30,566 nucleotides of DNA from a virus (IMGVR_UViG_3300030095_003983:1-30566); one strand, 5' to 3'. Shown: positions 1 through 9,763, counted from the stretch's first letter. Program-made: numbers and translations. The notes: generated by a model not told the origin, from the letters alone.

Positions 1-699
1 GTAAAAGAAAAATATGGTGAACAAACACAAAAAGTATCATCAAAACAAGTAAGTGAAGCACTTAAAAGCTACAATAAGTTAGGTGAAACACTATATCAAC
101 AACAATCATTAAAAGAAACTGCAAAGTCTCTATCACAGATAGCAGAAATGGCAGCAACACATACGGTTCAAGAAACTGAAGATTGGTTTGATAAAGTTAC
201 GGTAACTCGTAATATGAAAGAATTAACCAATCACTCAAAATCATTTTCAAAGATTGCTGAAGAAGCATCATCAGTTCAACAAAGATTGGCTGGACTATAT
301 GAAGATATGGGTAGTATCTTAAATCGTTATTATGATATTCCTGAAACACATATTCCAGGACACGACGACGACGATAGAGATATTCGTGATAAAGAAGAAT
401 ATGGTGGAACAATCAAAGAGGGTGATTACGAAGAATTCTTCCAATCAGCAATGAAAAAATTTGGAATCAAATCACCAGACGAATTAGGTTCTGATGAAAA
501 GAAGAAAAAGTTTTTCAACTATGTAGACAAAAACTATAAAGCAAAGGCCGAAGGTAAGATAAAAGAAGGTGGACCAGGAAGTGGTAGACCAACAAAACCA
601 GGTTCAGCTCGTGATATAGATAAAAAAATGATGTCAGCAGCTGATGCAGCAAACGCTAAAATGGATGCAGCAGAAAAAGCAATGAGAAGGAAAAAATAA
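1..699 (+). CDS. hypothetical phage protein, 5'-truncated (putative head/core-associated protein)
   Basis: Frame is open from base 1 (VKEKYGEQTQK...) into the 148..699 ORF, so the true start lies upstream of the window; contains IKE motifs; TAATG overlap with the next gene. Confidence 0.75.
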   Translation, partial: VKEKYGEQTQKVSSKQVSEALKSYNKLGETLYQQQSLKETAKSLSQIAEMAATHTVQETEDWFDKVTVTRNMKELTNHSKSFSKIAEEASSVQQRLAGLYEDMGSILNRYYDIPETHIPGHDDDDRDIRDKEEYGGTIKEGDYEEFFQSAMKKFGIKSPDELGSDEKKKKFFNYVDKNYKAKAEGKIKEGGPGSGRPTKPGSARDIDKKMMSAADAANAKMDAAEKAMRRKK

Positions 700-1025
700 T
701 GAAACTTAAATCACTATTAAAAGAATCAAAAGTATGGGACAGAAAGTTTGGTGAGCCATTACCAACACTTGAAGACACAACAAAAAGATTCAAGATGAAA
801 CAAGAAGACTTAAATGAAAACGATTTAAGTAAAGTATCAAGTATACTTGGTAAATCATCAAATGATGTTAACAAGTTTCTAAAAAAACATAAACTTGACG
901 CAGATGATTTGTTAGATGTTATTGAAGCCGGAGATAGAAGAAGAAGTTCATTAATGATTATCGCAGCTATGAATGGTAGAAGTAAAGCATTAAGACAATT
1001 GGACGACTTATTAGGATTCTTATAA
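699..1025 (+). CDS. hypothetical protein (possible internal head protein)
   Basis: 108-aa ORF coupled by TAATG; N-terminus MKLKSLLKES has an LxE prohead-protease-type site. Confidence 0.7.
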   Translation: MKLKSLLKESKVWDRKFGEPLPTLEDTTKRFKMKQEDLNENDLSKVSSILGKSSNDVNKFLKKHKLDADDLLDVIEAGDRRRSSLMIIAAMNGRSKALRQLDDLLGFL

Positions 1026-1026
1026 A

Positions 1027-1296
1027 ATGAAAAATTTAAAAAAACAATACAAAAGGTATTTTCGTGAAGAAGTAAAACCCGTAAAAGAAGTTTCTTATTC
1101 ATTTAATACAAATGACAAAAGAGACCAGATTTCACCTATGGGATATAACTTGTTAAGAAAAGATGTAATAACATTAAAAGATGCGGTAAAGTATTTAGAA
1201 AGGTCAGTTAAAAAACAACACCAAGCAGATACTCACCACGACTTAATATATTTACTAACAAGAGCACACGAAGCTTACAAAAATTCAAAAAAATAA
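1027..1296 (+). CDS. hypothetical protein
   Basis: 89-aa ORF tightly packed between co-oriented genes. Confidence 0.65.
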   Translation: MKNLKKQYKRYFREEVKPVKEVSYSFNTNDKRDQISPMGYNLLRKDVITLKDAVKYLERSVKKQHQADTHHDLIYLLTRAHEAYKNSKK

Positions 1297-1313
1297 AAGA
1301 AAGAGAGTAAAGG

Positions 1314-1514
1314 TTGTTAAAAGTAGAGATTCGTAAGGGTCAATCAGTAGAAAAAGCACTTAAAATATTTAAACGAAAAGTAAAAGACTCAGGTCTTATG
1401 TTTGAATTAAGAGAACGTTCTTTTTATAAAAAGCCATCGGCATTAAAAAGAGAACAGAAAAACAAAGCTAAACTACGAACCAAATACGAAAAATTAAAAA
1501 ATCAAGAAGATTAA
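1314..1514 (+). CDS. rpsU: phage-encoded 30S ribosomal protein bS21
   Basis: 66-aa basic protein with the bS21 signature EKALKIFKRKV...ELRERSFYKKPS..KR; TTG start; lies just upstream of the scaffold and capsid genes, as in described bS21-encoding phages. Confidence 0.93.
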   Translation: MLKVEIRKGQSVEKALKIFKRKVKDSGLMFELRERSFYKKPSALKREQKNKAKLRTKYEKLKNQED

Positions 1515-1552
1515 ATAAATCACACAAAGTGTGTATATTTTTTCAATTCGTT

Positions 1553-1560
1553 ATATTTAT
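1553..1560 (+). promoter_or_regulatory. putative late promoter core ATATTTAT
   Basis: Same octamer recurs in eight intergenic spacers upstream of structural genes. Confidence 0.6.
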
Positions 1561-1670
1561 ATATACGAAACTAAATACACTATCGTATATTCATACAATC
1601 ATATAGTGTAAATCAATTAAACTATATTATAGTTCTTAATAACTATATTGAATCCAACGGAGAAATAACA

Positions 1671-2909
1671 ATGGATGATTTACTAAAAGACGCTATTGCG
1701 GATGCTAAGGCAGTTAGAGAAACAGCACTTGCAAACGCTAAAATAGCACTTGAGGAAGCATTCACACCACGTTTACAATCTATGTTGTCAAAGAAAATCC
1801 AATCAGAAATGGAAGATTCAGAAGAAACTGAAGACTCAGAAGAAATGAGAGAAGAAGAAGACGCTGAAGAAGAAATGGAAGAGGGTATGCACGACAAGGA
1901 AGAAGGCGAACACGAGGAAGAAATGGACGCAGAGGAAGAAATGGAAGATTCTGAAGAAGGTATGCACGATAAAGAAGAAGGTATGCACGACGCAGAAGAA
2001 GAAATGGACGCTGAAGAAATGAGAGACGCTGAAGAAATGAGAGACGCTGAAGAAGAAGAAATGGACGAATCTGAAGATAAAGAAGAAAATGAAGACGAAA
2101 TGTCTGAAATGGAAGATAAAGAAGAAGATGAGGAAATGGACGAAATGGAAGATAAGGAAGAGGACGAACTTGACCTTGAATCCGTATTAGCAGAACTTGA
2201 AAAAGACCTTGACGACGAGGACCAAATGGACGAGATGGAAGATAAAGATGAAGAAGAAATGGACGAGTCTGAAGATAAAGAAGAAGACGAGAAAATGGAC
2301 GAAAATGATGTATCATCTGATATCGGAAAATCTGACAATAAGGTCAACGCAGCAGCAAATGATTCTTCAAAAGTAGGACAAGGACCAGAATCAGAAGGTT
2401 CAGACAAGAAAGCAGGCTCAGAACTTGGCGACCACGAAATCGTTAAAGAGAATGAAGACGCTGAAGAGAATGACCTTGACTTAGATGAAGTTCTAAGAGC
2501 GCTTACAGAAGAAGACAAAGAAGAAGAAGACGCGGAAGAGAATGAAAAACTCAAATCAGAAATAAAAGAGCATCGTAAAGTAATACACTTTATGAGAAGT
2601 AAATTAAACGAAGTTAATCTTTTGAATGCAAAACTATTGTTTTCTAACAAATTGTTTAGAGCATTTGGATTGAACAACAACCAGAAATTAAAAGTTGTTG
2701 AAACTTTTGACAGAACTAAAAACTTACGTGAAGTTAAATTGGTTTATGCTACATTAGCAGAATCATTTAAGAAACCAGGTAACAGACTTAGTGAATCAGT
2801 TAAAAAAGGTTCAGCATCAAAACCGGTTCGTTCAACCAAACCTAAAGCAGTATTGTCAGAAGGACAAGAGCTAAAAGCAAGATTCAAAAAATTAGCAAAC
2901 ATACTTTAG
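1671..2909 (+). CDS. prohead core/scaffolding protein (T4 gp22-like)
   Basis: Immediately upstream of the capsid gene; N-terminus AIADAKAVRETALANAKIALEEAF, long Glu/Asp-rich repeats, C-terminal NEVNLLNAKLLF; GGAG SD. Confidence 0.8.
   Translation: MDDLLKDAIADAKAVRETALANAKIALEEAFTPRLQSMLSKKIQSEMEDSEETEDSEEMREEEDAEEEMEEGMHDKEEGEHEEEMDAEEEMEDSEEGMHDKEEGMHDAEEEMDAEEMRDAEEMRDAEEEEMDESEDKEENEDEMSEMEDKEEDEEMDEMEDKEEDELDLESVLAELEKDLDDEDQMDEMEDKDEEEMDESEDKEEDEKMDENDVSSDIGKSDNKVNAAANDSSKVGQGPESEGSDKKAGSELGDHEIVKENEDAEENDLDLDEVLRALTEEDKEEEDAEENEKLKSEIKEHRKVIHFMRSKLNEVNLLNAKLLFSNKLFRAFGLNNNQKLKVVETFDRTKNLREVKLVYATLAESFKKPGNRLSESVKKGSASKPVRSTKPKAVLSEGQELKARFKKLANIL
1810..2310 (+). repeat. coding low-complexity acidic repeats (EEMDE, EEGMHD, EEMRDA, EDKEE)
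   Basis: Degenerate tandem repeats such as gaagaaatggacg and gacgctgaagaaatgaga within the scaffold ORF. Confidence 0.85.
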
Positions 2910-2920
2910 GAGACTAAAAA

Positions 2921-4570
2921 ATGAGTAAATTAAATTCAATCGAAAAATTGATGGACGGATATAATCCACAACGTCAATTGCTTGAACAAACTCGTCAGTT
3001 AGTGTCAAAATGGGAACCAACAGGTCTATTAGAAGGTCTTGAAGACGAAACTAAAAGACACGGAATGGCAGTCTTGCTTGAAAACCAAGCAGGTCAGTTA
3101 ATCCAAGAGGCTTCCGTAACAGGTGGTCAAAACGCAGAAGAGTGGAGCGGTGTAGCTTTACCATTAGTTCGTAGAATTTTTGGTGAGTTAGCAGCTCAAG
3201 ACTTTGTGTCAGTTCAACCAATGAACTTACCTTCAGGTCTTATCTTCTACCTTGACTTCAAATACGGAACAGCCCAAACTGGTAACCACGTAGAAAACTC
3301 AGATGTATACGGAAATACATCAGGTTCAAACGTTGACGCATCAGGCGGTCTATATGGAGCAGGAAAATTCGGTTACTCAATCAACGACAAAGAAACAGCT
3401 GAAATTAAAGTTGACACATCAACAGGTGCGACAGCTTTCACAACAGCATCAGTTTCTTTCCAAGATGTTGATTTTGAACCAGACCTATCTTCATCAGTAG
3501 CAACAGGATTTGACGCAGATGATGGTTTAGTAAAAATCACAACTGCAATCGCATCCTACACAAACCCAGACAAAGACGGAGTAAGAGCTTACTCTATCTC
3601 AGGTTCTGGTTTTGATGAGTTCTTTCCAGCTTACACTAAATACGACGCATCAGCAGATACCGTTTCATTTATCGTAAGAAAGAGCTTAGCAGGAGTGCCA
3701 TTGAGTGCTTCAGTTAAATATCACGCACAAGCAGTAACTGACTATTCAAGAACTGACTTCGAGGCAACAGCAGCTAACATTGATGCTAACCCAGAAGCAG
3801 ATATTGATATTCCTGAATTAGATATTGCGTTAAAGAGTATTCCGATAATCGCGAAAACTCGTAAGTTAAAAGCAGTCTGGACTCCAGAACTTGCACAAGA
3901 CTTAAATGCATATCATTCAGTTGACGCAGAAGCAGAATTAACATCACTATTAAGTGAGTATATTTCAATGGAAATTGACTTAGAAATACTTGATATGTTA
4001 TTTGCAAATGCATCAGCTAAATCAGAAAAATGGTCAGCAAAAGTTGGACACGAGTTTGACTCAGCAAGTTCAACATTTGTAGAATCATCAGGTGCTTCAA
4101 ACGCTTACACTAAAGGTGAGTGGTTCCAAACACTTGGTAACAAAATACAAGCAGTATCAAACGCAATTCACCAGAAAACTCTAAGAGGTGGTGCTAACTT
4201 TATGGTGGTTTCACCAGAGACAGCAACTATCATTGAAAGTATTCCTGGATATGCAGCAGATACAGTAGGTGAAGCAACAACTAACCAGTTCGCTATGGGC
4301 GTTCAAAAAGTTGGTGCTTTAAATAACAGATACACCGTGTACAAAAACCCTTATATGTTAGAGAATCAAATCCTTGTAGGATTTAGAGGACAGAACTTCC
4401 TTGAAACAGGAGCGGTTTATGCACCATATGTTCCGTTAATTATGACACCGCTTGTCTACGACCCTAAAAACTTCACTCCAAGAAAAGGTGTGATGACAAG
4501 ATACGCTAAGAAGATGGTTCGTCCAGAATTCTATGGTAAAGTCGTAGTAGCTGATGTAGATAAAGTATAA
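2921..4570 (+). CDS. gp23: major capsid protein (T4 gp23 family)
   Basis: Motifs LPLVRR, VSVQPMNLPSGLIF, AKTRKLKAVWTPELAQDLNAYH, YAPYVPL, TPRKGVMTRY; AGGAG SD. Confidence 0.96.
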   Translation: MSKLNSIEKLMDGYNPQRQLLEQTRQLVSKWEPTGLLEGLEDETKRHGMAVLLENQAGQLIQEASVTGGQNAEEWSGVALPLVRRIFGELAAQDFVSVQPMNLPSGLIFYLDFKYGTAQTGNHVENSDVYGNTSGSNVDASGGLYGAGKFGYSINDKETAEIKVDTSTGATAFTTASVSFQDVDFEPDLSSSVATGFDADDGLVKITTAIASYTNPDKDGVRAYSISGSGFDEFFPAYTKYDASADTVSFIVRKSLAGVPLSASVKYHAQAVTDYSRTDFEATAANIDANPEADIDIPELDIALKSIPIIAKTRKLKAVWTPELAQDLNAYHSVDAEAELTSLLSEYISMEIDLEILDMLFANASAKSEKWSAKVGHEFDSASSTFVESSGASNAYTKGEWFQTLGNKIQAVSNAIHQKTLRGGANFMVVSPETATIIESIPGYAADTVGEATTNQFAMGVQKVGALNNRYTVYKNPYMLENQILVGFRGQNFLETGAVYAPYVPLIMTPLVYDPKNFTPRKGVMTRYAKKMVRPEFYGKVVVADVDKV

Positions 4571-4609
4571 TAATTTTTAATTATTAGAAATTGATAACAG
4601 ATAAGTTAG

Positions 4610-4639
4610 AAAAAGCCCCACTTCGGTGGGGTTTTTTTT
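4610..4639 (+). terminator. rho-independent terminator
   Basis: aaaaa-gccccac-TTCG-gtggggt-ttttttt; C(UUCG)G tetraloop after the capsid gene. Confidence 0.92.
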
Positions 4640-4649
4640 ATTATAATCC

Positions 4650-4657
4650 ATATTTAT
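4650..4657 (+). promoter_or_regulatory. putative late promoter core ATATTTAT
   Basis: Recurring octamer directly after the terminator. Confidence 0.6.
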
Positions 4658-4764
4658 ATACGAGAGATTATTTCCAGCCCAGGCAACGGATGTTGTGGGT
4701 ATTGTAATCTAACAATTAATAGATTTGGGAAGCAGGAAATCCCCAAATTGCATGGAGAAAAAAA

Positions 4765-5391
4765 ATGGCATATTCAAGAGCATCGATTAAAAGTAACTTG
4801 AGAAGAAGTAACGCAAATTATTTTGATAATTTAGCAGACTCTATTCACACTCAGTTAGATGCGAATACATTTGCAGTAGATGCTTCAATGAAGCAACCAG
4901 GAAAACTATTGGTAGATATCGATAACGATACATCAATCTACGAATTAGTAAGTGGACACACTTATTTCTGGGGAACAGCAACTGGTTTACCAGGAGCAAC
5001 TGATAACGCAAATGCAATCACATTTGCATTACCATCACCAACTCAAGCAGGTGAATACATTTGTATTTTACCACAAAATGCAGCAACAATCAATAAACTT
5101 GTAGGATTTACAACCGTTGAAGAATCAACAGACACAATCCAATATCAAGTATATGAACCAACTGCAAACAACACAGCGTTGATTGAGACAGCTACAACAG
5201 TAGCTGGTGTTCACGGTACAGCAAACACTATGGTTAAATTAAACGCTCAACACCTATTAGTAGGTGATGAGATTCATTGTTATTCATTATCATCAACAAA
5301 ATGGTTAATGAGAATAGTAGGAAGAAACAATCTAATCGCAGCAGGTGATATCGCAGTAGACCCAGGTAACGTTGGTGGATACATTGACTAA
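4765..5391 (+). CDS. hypothetical virion protein (possible head decoration protein)
   Basis: 208-aa Thr/Ala/Gly-rich ORF in its own unit (promoter motif, GGAG SD, terminator) between capsid and neck genes. Confidence 0.6.
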   Translation: MAYSRASIKSNLRRSNANYFDNLADSIHTQLDANTFAVDASMKQPGKLLVDIDNDTSIYELVSGHTYFWGTATGLPGATDNANAITFALPSPTQAGEYICILPQNAATINKLVGFTTVEESTDTIQYQVYEPTANNTALIETATTVAGVHGTANTMVKLNAQHLLVGDEIHCYSLSSTKWLMRIVGRNNLIAAGDIAVDPGNVGGYID

Positions 5392-5436
5392 TAACTAATT
5401 AATCAGTCCTGAAACTGATTATAGATAGTTAATATC

Positions 5437-5468
5437 AAAAAGCCCCCTATTTTTATAGGGGGTTTTTT
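5437..5468 (+). terminator. rho-independent terminator
   Basis: aaaaa-gccccctat-tttt-atagggggt-ttttt. Confidence 0.9.
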
Positions 5469-5488
5469 ATACAAAATACAAAAAAGTT

Positions 5489-5496
5489 ATATTTAT
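5489..5496 (+). promoter_or_regulatory. putative late promoter core ATATTTAT
   Basis: Recurring octamer upstream of the neck gene. Confidence 0.6.
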
Positions 5497-5534
5497 TAAT
5501 GTATATACAAATAGACTATTAATAGGAGAATTTA

Positions 5535-6704
5535 ATGGCTCAAGAAGCAATATGGCCAGGTAGTGGCTCTGCAATCCACGAGGATAGTGGTTCCACACCA
5601 TTCGGGTTATACGATACAGACTCAGAGTTTCAAACAGAAGCTCCGCAAGTAGCAAAATGGTGTGCACAAAGACTTGGATATCCAATTATGGATGTTGAAC
5701 TCCAAGACACACAATTTTATGCTTGTTTAGAAGAAAGTGTTTCTGAATATGGTGCGCAGGTAAACCAGTTTAATATTCGTGATAACTTATTTCATTTAAA
5801 AGGACAACCAACAAGTTCAAACTTCACACATAAAAGGGTAAAACCTACTTTAAGTGAAACTATATTTATTTCAGAAGAATACGGACAAGAAGCATTAGTT
5901 GGTGGTTCAGTTGATGTCAAGAGAACAGCAGTTTCAATTAATTCAGGAAGTCAAGTTTATGACTTAAATGCATTAGTTAGTGATGTAAGTGAATCAGGTG
6001 CGTCAATCGAAGTTAAAAAAGTTCATTATGAAGCAAGACCAGCGGTAACTCGTTATTTTGACCCATACGCATCAACAGGATTTGGAACTTACAATATGTT
6101 AGATGGATTTGGTTTCGGTAGTTATTCACCAGCAATTACTTTCGTATTACAACCTATGTATGCGGATTTACTTAGAATACAAGCCATTGAATTTAATGAC
6201 CAGATTAGAAAATCAGCTTATTCTTTTGAAATTAGAAATAATCAGATGAGAATATTTCCAATTCCAACTCAATCGGGTTCGGTTTGGATTGAATATATCA
6301 AAACAGAAGATAGAGATAATCCATTGAGAACACGACATAGCGGTTCAAGTGACGATACAATAGTATCTGATTACTCAAATGTTAATTATGATTTTATGAA
6401 ATACTCAAACATCAATGATGTGGGTAAACAATGGATTAGAAAATACGCATTAGCATTATCAAAAGAGTTATTAGGTATTGTTCGTTCTAAATATGGTAAT
6501 ATTCCTATTCCAAATGCAGAAGTTTCAATGGACGGAGATACATTGAGAGCAGAAGCAACTGCAGAAAAAGAACAATTAATAGAACAATTGAGAGAAAATT
6601 TAGAACAAACCAGTCGTAAGGCACTTATGGAAGCTCAAAAAGACGAAAGTGAATTTGAGCAAGAAACATTGAAAAAAGTCCCTTACCCAATCTATATAGG
6701 ATAA
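5535..6704 (+). CDS. neck protein / head-tail adaptor (T4 gp13-like)
   Basis: RLGYPIMDVEL...Q, WIRKYALALSKELLG..RSKY..IP...VSMDG motifs; synteny. Confidence 0.8.
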   Translation: MAQEAIWPGSGSAIHEDSGSTPFGLYDTDSEFQTEAPQVAKWCAQRLGYPIMDVELQDTQFYACLEESVSEYGAQVNQFNIRDNLFHLKGQPTSSNFTHKRVKPTLSETIFISEEYGQEALVGGSVDVKRTAVSINSGSQVYDLNALVSDVSESGASIEVKKVHYEARPAVTRYFDPYASTGFGTYNMLDGFGFGSYSPAITFVLQPMYADLLRIQAIEFNDQIRKSAYSFEIRNNQMRIFPIPTQSGSVWIEYIKTEDRDNPLRTRHSGSSDDTIVSDYSNVNYDFMKYSNINDVGKQWIRKYALALSKELLGIVRSKYGNIPIPNAEVSMDGDTLRAEATAEKEQLIEQLRENLEQTSRKALMEAQKDESEFEQETLKKVPYPIYIG

Positions 6705-6708
6705 ACAA

Positions 6709-7194
6709 ATGCCACAAAGATTTTATGGAAACAAAGATTTGGCAACCTTTGAAAAGTTCAATAGAGAACTTGTAGGTGAACCAAATATCGACGATTGCGG
6801 AATAATAGACCAGTTCGTTATTCTACATAGAGTTTCAGTATATGATACAGAAACAAATATGTATGGTGAAGCGTCAGAGGGTAAAGTTTACAAACAAGGA
6901 GTAAAATTACCTTGTATAGTAAACGCTGAAGACTTTGATTTTGACTATACAGACTTTGGTGCGGACAACAAACAAAATGTTTCATTTGCATTTCAAAGAG
7001 CATACCTTGTTGAAGTAAATGTAAAACCAGATATTGGTGATATATTTAAATGGAACGAGGGTTATTTTGAAGTTAATTCATATAATGAAAATCAATTAGT
7101 TGGTGGAGACCCAACAAAATCTCATTCAATTGTGGTCCAAGCACATTTAGTAAGAATGCCAACCAATAACTTAGAGGAGTATAGAGGTTCATAA
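6709..7194 (+). CDS. neck/head-completion protein (T4 gp14-like)
   Basis: NMYGEA, FG.D, PDIGDIF motifs; follows the gp13-like gene. Confidence 0.65.
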   Translation: MPQRFYGNKDLATFEKFNRELVGEPNIDDCGIIDQFVILHRVSVYDTETNMYGEASEGKVYKQGVKLPCIVNAEDFDFDYTDFGADNKQNVSFAFQRAYLVEVNVKPDIGDIFKWNEGYFEVNSYNENQLVGGDPTKSHSIVVQAHLVRMPTNNLEEYRGS

Positions 7195-8873
7195 TGGCAA
7201 GAAATAAACCAATACCAAGAAGTCAAAGAAATATTTTTAATCGTGGGACAAAAATTAGCCGTAATTCACCGGGAGCAGCAGATGATGTAAAGAATGTATC
7301 CGTAGGTATTATGGATATGGACTCTGCTATTATGTATTACTTCAATGAAGTGATAAAACCTAATGTAGAGATAAATGATGAAAAAGTAAAGGTTCCTTGT
7401 ATTTACGCATCACCAGAAAGGTGGACTCAAATAACTAAACAAGGATTTCTAAGAGATAAAAAAAGACAAATTATAGTTCCGTTAATAGTTTATAAACGAA
7501 CAGGTATGAGTCGTAACACGGATATGCCAATTGACAAATTGGATTCTAACGAACCAAAATTATTTTACTCTTTTCAAAAGAAATATTCACAACAAAATCG
7601 TTTTGACAAATTTTCAGTATTACAAAATATAGAACCTAATCGTGAGTATTACAATGTAGCGATGCCAGACTATATGAACTTAACATATGAGTTTACTATA
7701 TGGACATCATATATTGAACAAATGAATCGTATCGTAGAAAAAGTTAATTATTCGGACGGAGCATATTGGGGTGAACCAGGTAAAATGAAATTCAGAACTC
7801 AAATTGAAAGTTTTTCAGATGCGAGTCAAGTAGAAGGTGAGAGATTAATAAAAACAACCTTTAGTGTAAATTTATACGGATACATATTACCAGAACGATT
7901 TAATAATGTTTCAACAACACAAAAATTTCTAACACCTAAGAAACTTATTATAAGAGAGGAAACAGATAAAATTTTATCTACGGGGTTACCTACACCTTCA
8001 AGTAAAGGTTCAGGTGCAGAATTTGGAGCAAAGGATATATTTGGTATATCAGTTGGTAATTCATTTATATTAACACAAGGAACAGGTGTAACGATATCAA
8101 ATACAGGTGTTTCATTTGATGGTTCAAGTGCATTAACACAAACAATGTCTATTGGACAAGATGTGGCTACGACTGCAAATGTTCAATTTAACCAAGTAAC
8201 AGCAAGTAATGCTATACAAATAGGTGATTCATCTACATTATATACTTCAACAGGTATAAGTGGTAGTATTGATGTTACGGGTTCGTTTGCAACAACAGGT
8301 GATTTAACCGTTCAAGGTGATACAACAATTACAGGAACATTAACAGCAAATGAATTCCACACAACATTTACTTCCGCATCAATTATACTTGCAAGTGGTT
8401 CTACAAGATTTGGTGATACACTTGATGATACTCACGAATTTACAGGTAGTGTAGATGTAACGGGTTCATTTAGTTTAAATGGATATGAAATAAACGAGAT
8501 ATCAAACGACGTTGCTATGACTGACGGAAGTGCAACATCAGTTCCAACAGAAAATGCAGTTAAAACATATATTACAAACAATGTATCTAATACGGCAACT
8601 TATTTAAGAAAGAATTTTTTCAAATCATCAGCAAGTATAACAAATGCTACAACAGCAAGTTTCACAGCGGTTACGGCATCAGCTCCAGTTGGAATAACAT
8701 CAACAACTGAAAACGACTTTGTATTCTTTATCAATGGACAATATATGGAACACAACGCTTTAGCAATACAACAAAAAGGAAGTTCATTAGAATTACACGT
8801 AGCGACAGGAAGTATTGGATATATTTTAGAAAGTGATGATGAGATTTTAGGTATTGGTAAATTTGATTCATAG
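7194..8873 (+). CDS. tail terminator/sheath stabiliser (gp15-like) fused to a C-terminal fibre-like domain
   Basis: N-terminal VPCIYASPERW...PDYMNLTYEFTIWT..EQMNRIVE; C-terminal ~270 aa paralogous to the next ORF. Confidence 0.65.
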   Translation: MARNKPIPRSQRNIFNRGTKISRNSPGAADDVKNVSVGIMDMDSAIMYYFNEVIKPNVEINDEKVKVPCIYASPERWTQITKQGFLRDKKRQIIVPLIVYKRTGMSRNTDMPIDKLDSNEPKLFYSFQKKYSQQNRFDKFSVLQNIEPNREYYNVAMPDYMNLTYEFTIWTSYIEQMNRIVEKVNYSDGAYWGEPGKMKFRTQIESFSDASQVEGERLIKTTFSVNLYGYILPERFNNVSTTQKFLTPKKLIIREETDKILSTGLPTPSSKGSGAEFGAKDIFGISVGNSFILTQGTGVTISNTGVSFDGSSALTQTMSIGQDVATTANVQFNQVTASNAIQIGDSSTLYTSTGISGSIDVTGSFATTGDLTVQGDTTITGTLTANEFHTTFTSASIILASGSTRFGDTLDDTHEFTGSVDVTGSFSLNGYEINEISNDVAMTDGSATSVPTENAVKTYITNNVSNTATYLRKNFFKSSASITNATTASFTAVTASAPVGITSTTENDFVFFINGQYMEHNALAIQQKGSSLELHVATGSIGYILESDDEILGIGKFDS

Positions 8874-8881
8874 GACCCACA

Positions 8882-9739
8882 ATGGCAGTAGAATTAAAAT
8901 ATAATAATCCACTAACATTAGAAACTGGAACAGGTATAACGGGTAGTATTAATGGAGAGAATTTTACAACTCGTGAAATAGAAGGTCTTATAGATGAAAA
9001 TGTTACTCTTAACATAGGACAAGAAGTAGAGACAACTTCCAATACTACATTTAACGTAGTAACAAGTTCCAATACGATAAATATTGGTAATCTATTTTTA
9101 GGTGATGGATTTATTAGTAGTTCAAATAGTGTAGTGGCACATACAGGTAGTGTTGTTGTTACGGGAAATACGACAGCGACATCAATGACTACAAATGGAC
9201 AATTAAATTATGGTAGTTTTGAAGTAAGTGTTACGGGTTCAACAACTATATTTGATAGTGGTTCAAGTAGATTTGGTGATACATTAGATGATACTCATAA
9301 TTTATCCGGTAGTTCAAACATTACAGGTTCATATGAGTTAAATGGATATACTATAAATGAAATATCAAATGATACTGCATTAGCTGACGGAAGTTCAACT
9401 GCATTAGCAACTGAAAATGCAATTAAACAATACTTTACAGATACAGGTATTGTAGATAAGAACACCTACAATAGAAAGTCATTTGTTCACACAGGAAGTT
9501 TTATAAGTGCCAATACTTCAAGTTTTACAGCAGTAACAGCTTCGGCACCAACAGGATTAAGTGGAACAACAGAAGAAGATTTTATGTTTTTTATTAATGG
9601 AATGTTAATTGAAAACGATGCTTTGACAATAAATCAAAAGACATCAACAAATTTAGAGTTAAGATTAGATACAAGTGGATTAGGATATGAATTAGAATCA
9701 GATGATGAGGTCATTGGGTTCGGTAAGTTTAATTCATAG
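8882..9739 (+). CDS. virion fibre/appendage-like protein, paralog of the C-terminal domain of 7194..8873
   Basis: Shared blocks SGSxRFGDTLDDTH, INEISND, TENAxK, SFTAVTASAP, FFING, GYxLESDDE..G.GKFxS. Confidence 0.65.
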   Translation: MAVELKYNNPLTLETGTGITGSINGENFTTREIEGLIDENVTLNIGQEVETTSNTTFNVVTSSNTINIGNLFLGDGFISSSNSVVAHTGSVVVTGNTTATSMTTNGQLNYGSFEVSVTGSTTIFDSGSSRFGDTLDDTHNLSGSSNITGSYELNGYTINEISNDTALADGSSTALATENAIKQYFTDTGIVDKNTYNRKSFVHTGSFISANTSSFTAVTASAPTGLSGTTEEDFMFFINGMLIENDALTINQKTSTNLELRLDTSGLGYELESDDEVIGFGKFNS

Positions 9740-9755
9740 TAAATTAAGAAATTAG

Positions 9756-9763
9756 ATATTTAT
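9756..9763 (+). promoter_or_regulatory. putative late promoter core ATATTTAT
   Basis: Recurring octamer upstream of the fibre gene. Confidence 0.55.

Noticed and set aside
148-150. ATG at 148 as the gene start
   Set aside because: The frame is open to the window edge and there is no SD; the gene is 5'-truncated
1643-2680. 345-aa Ser-rich minus-strand ORF (and 1780..2316)
   Set aside because: Antisense shadow of the GAA/GAC-rich scaffold gene
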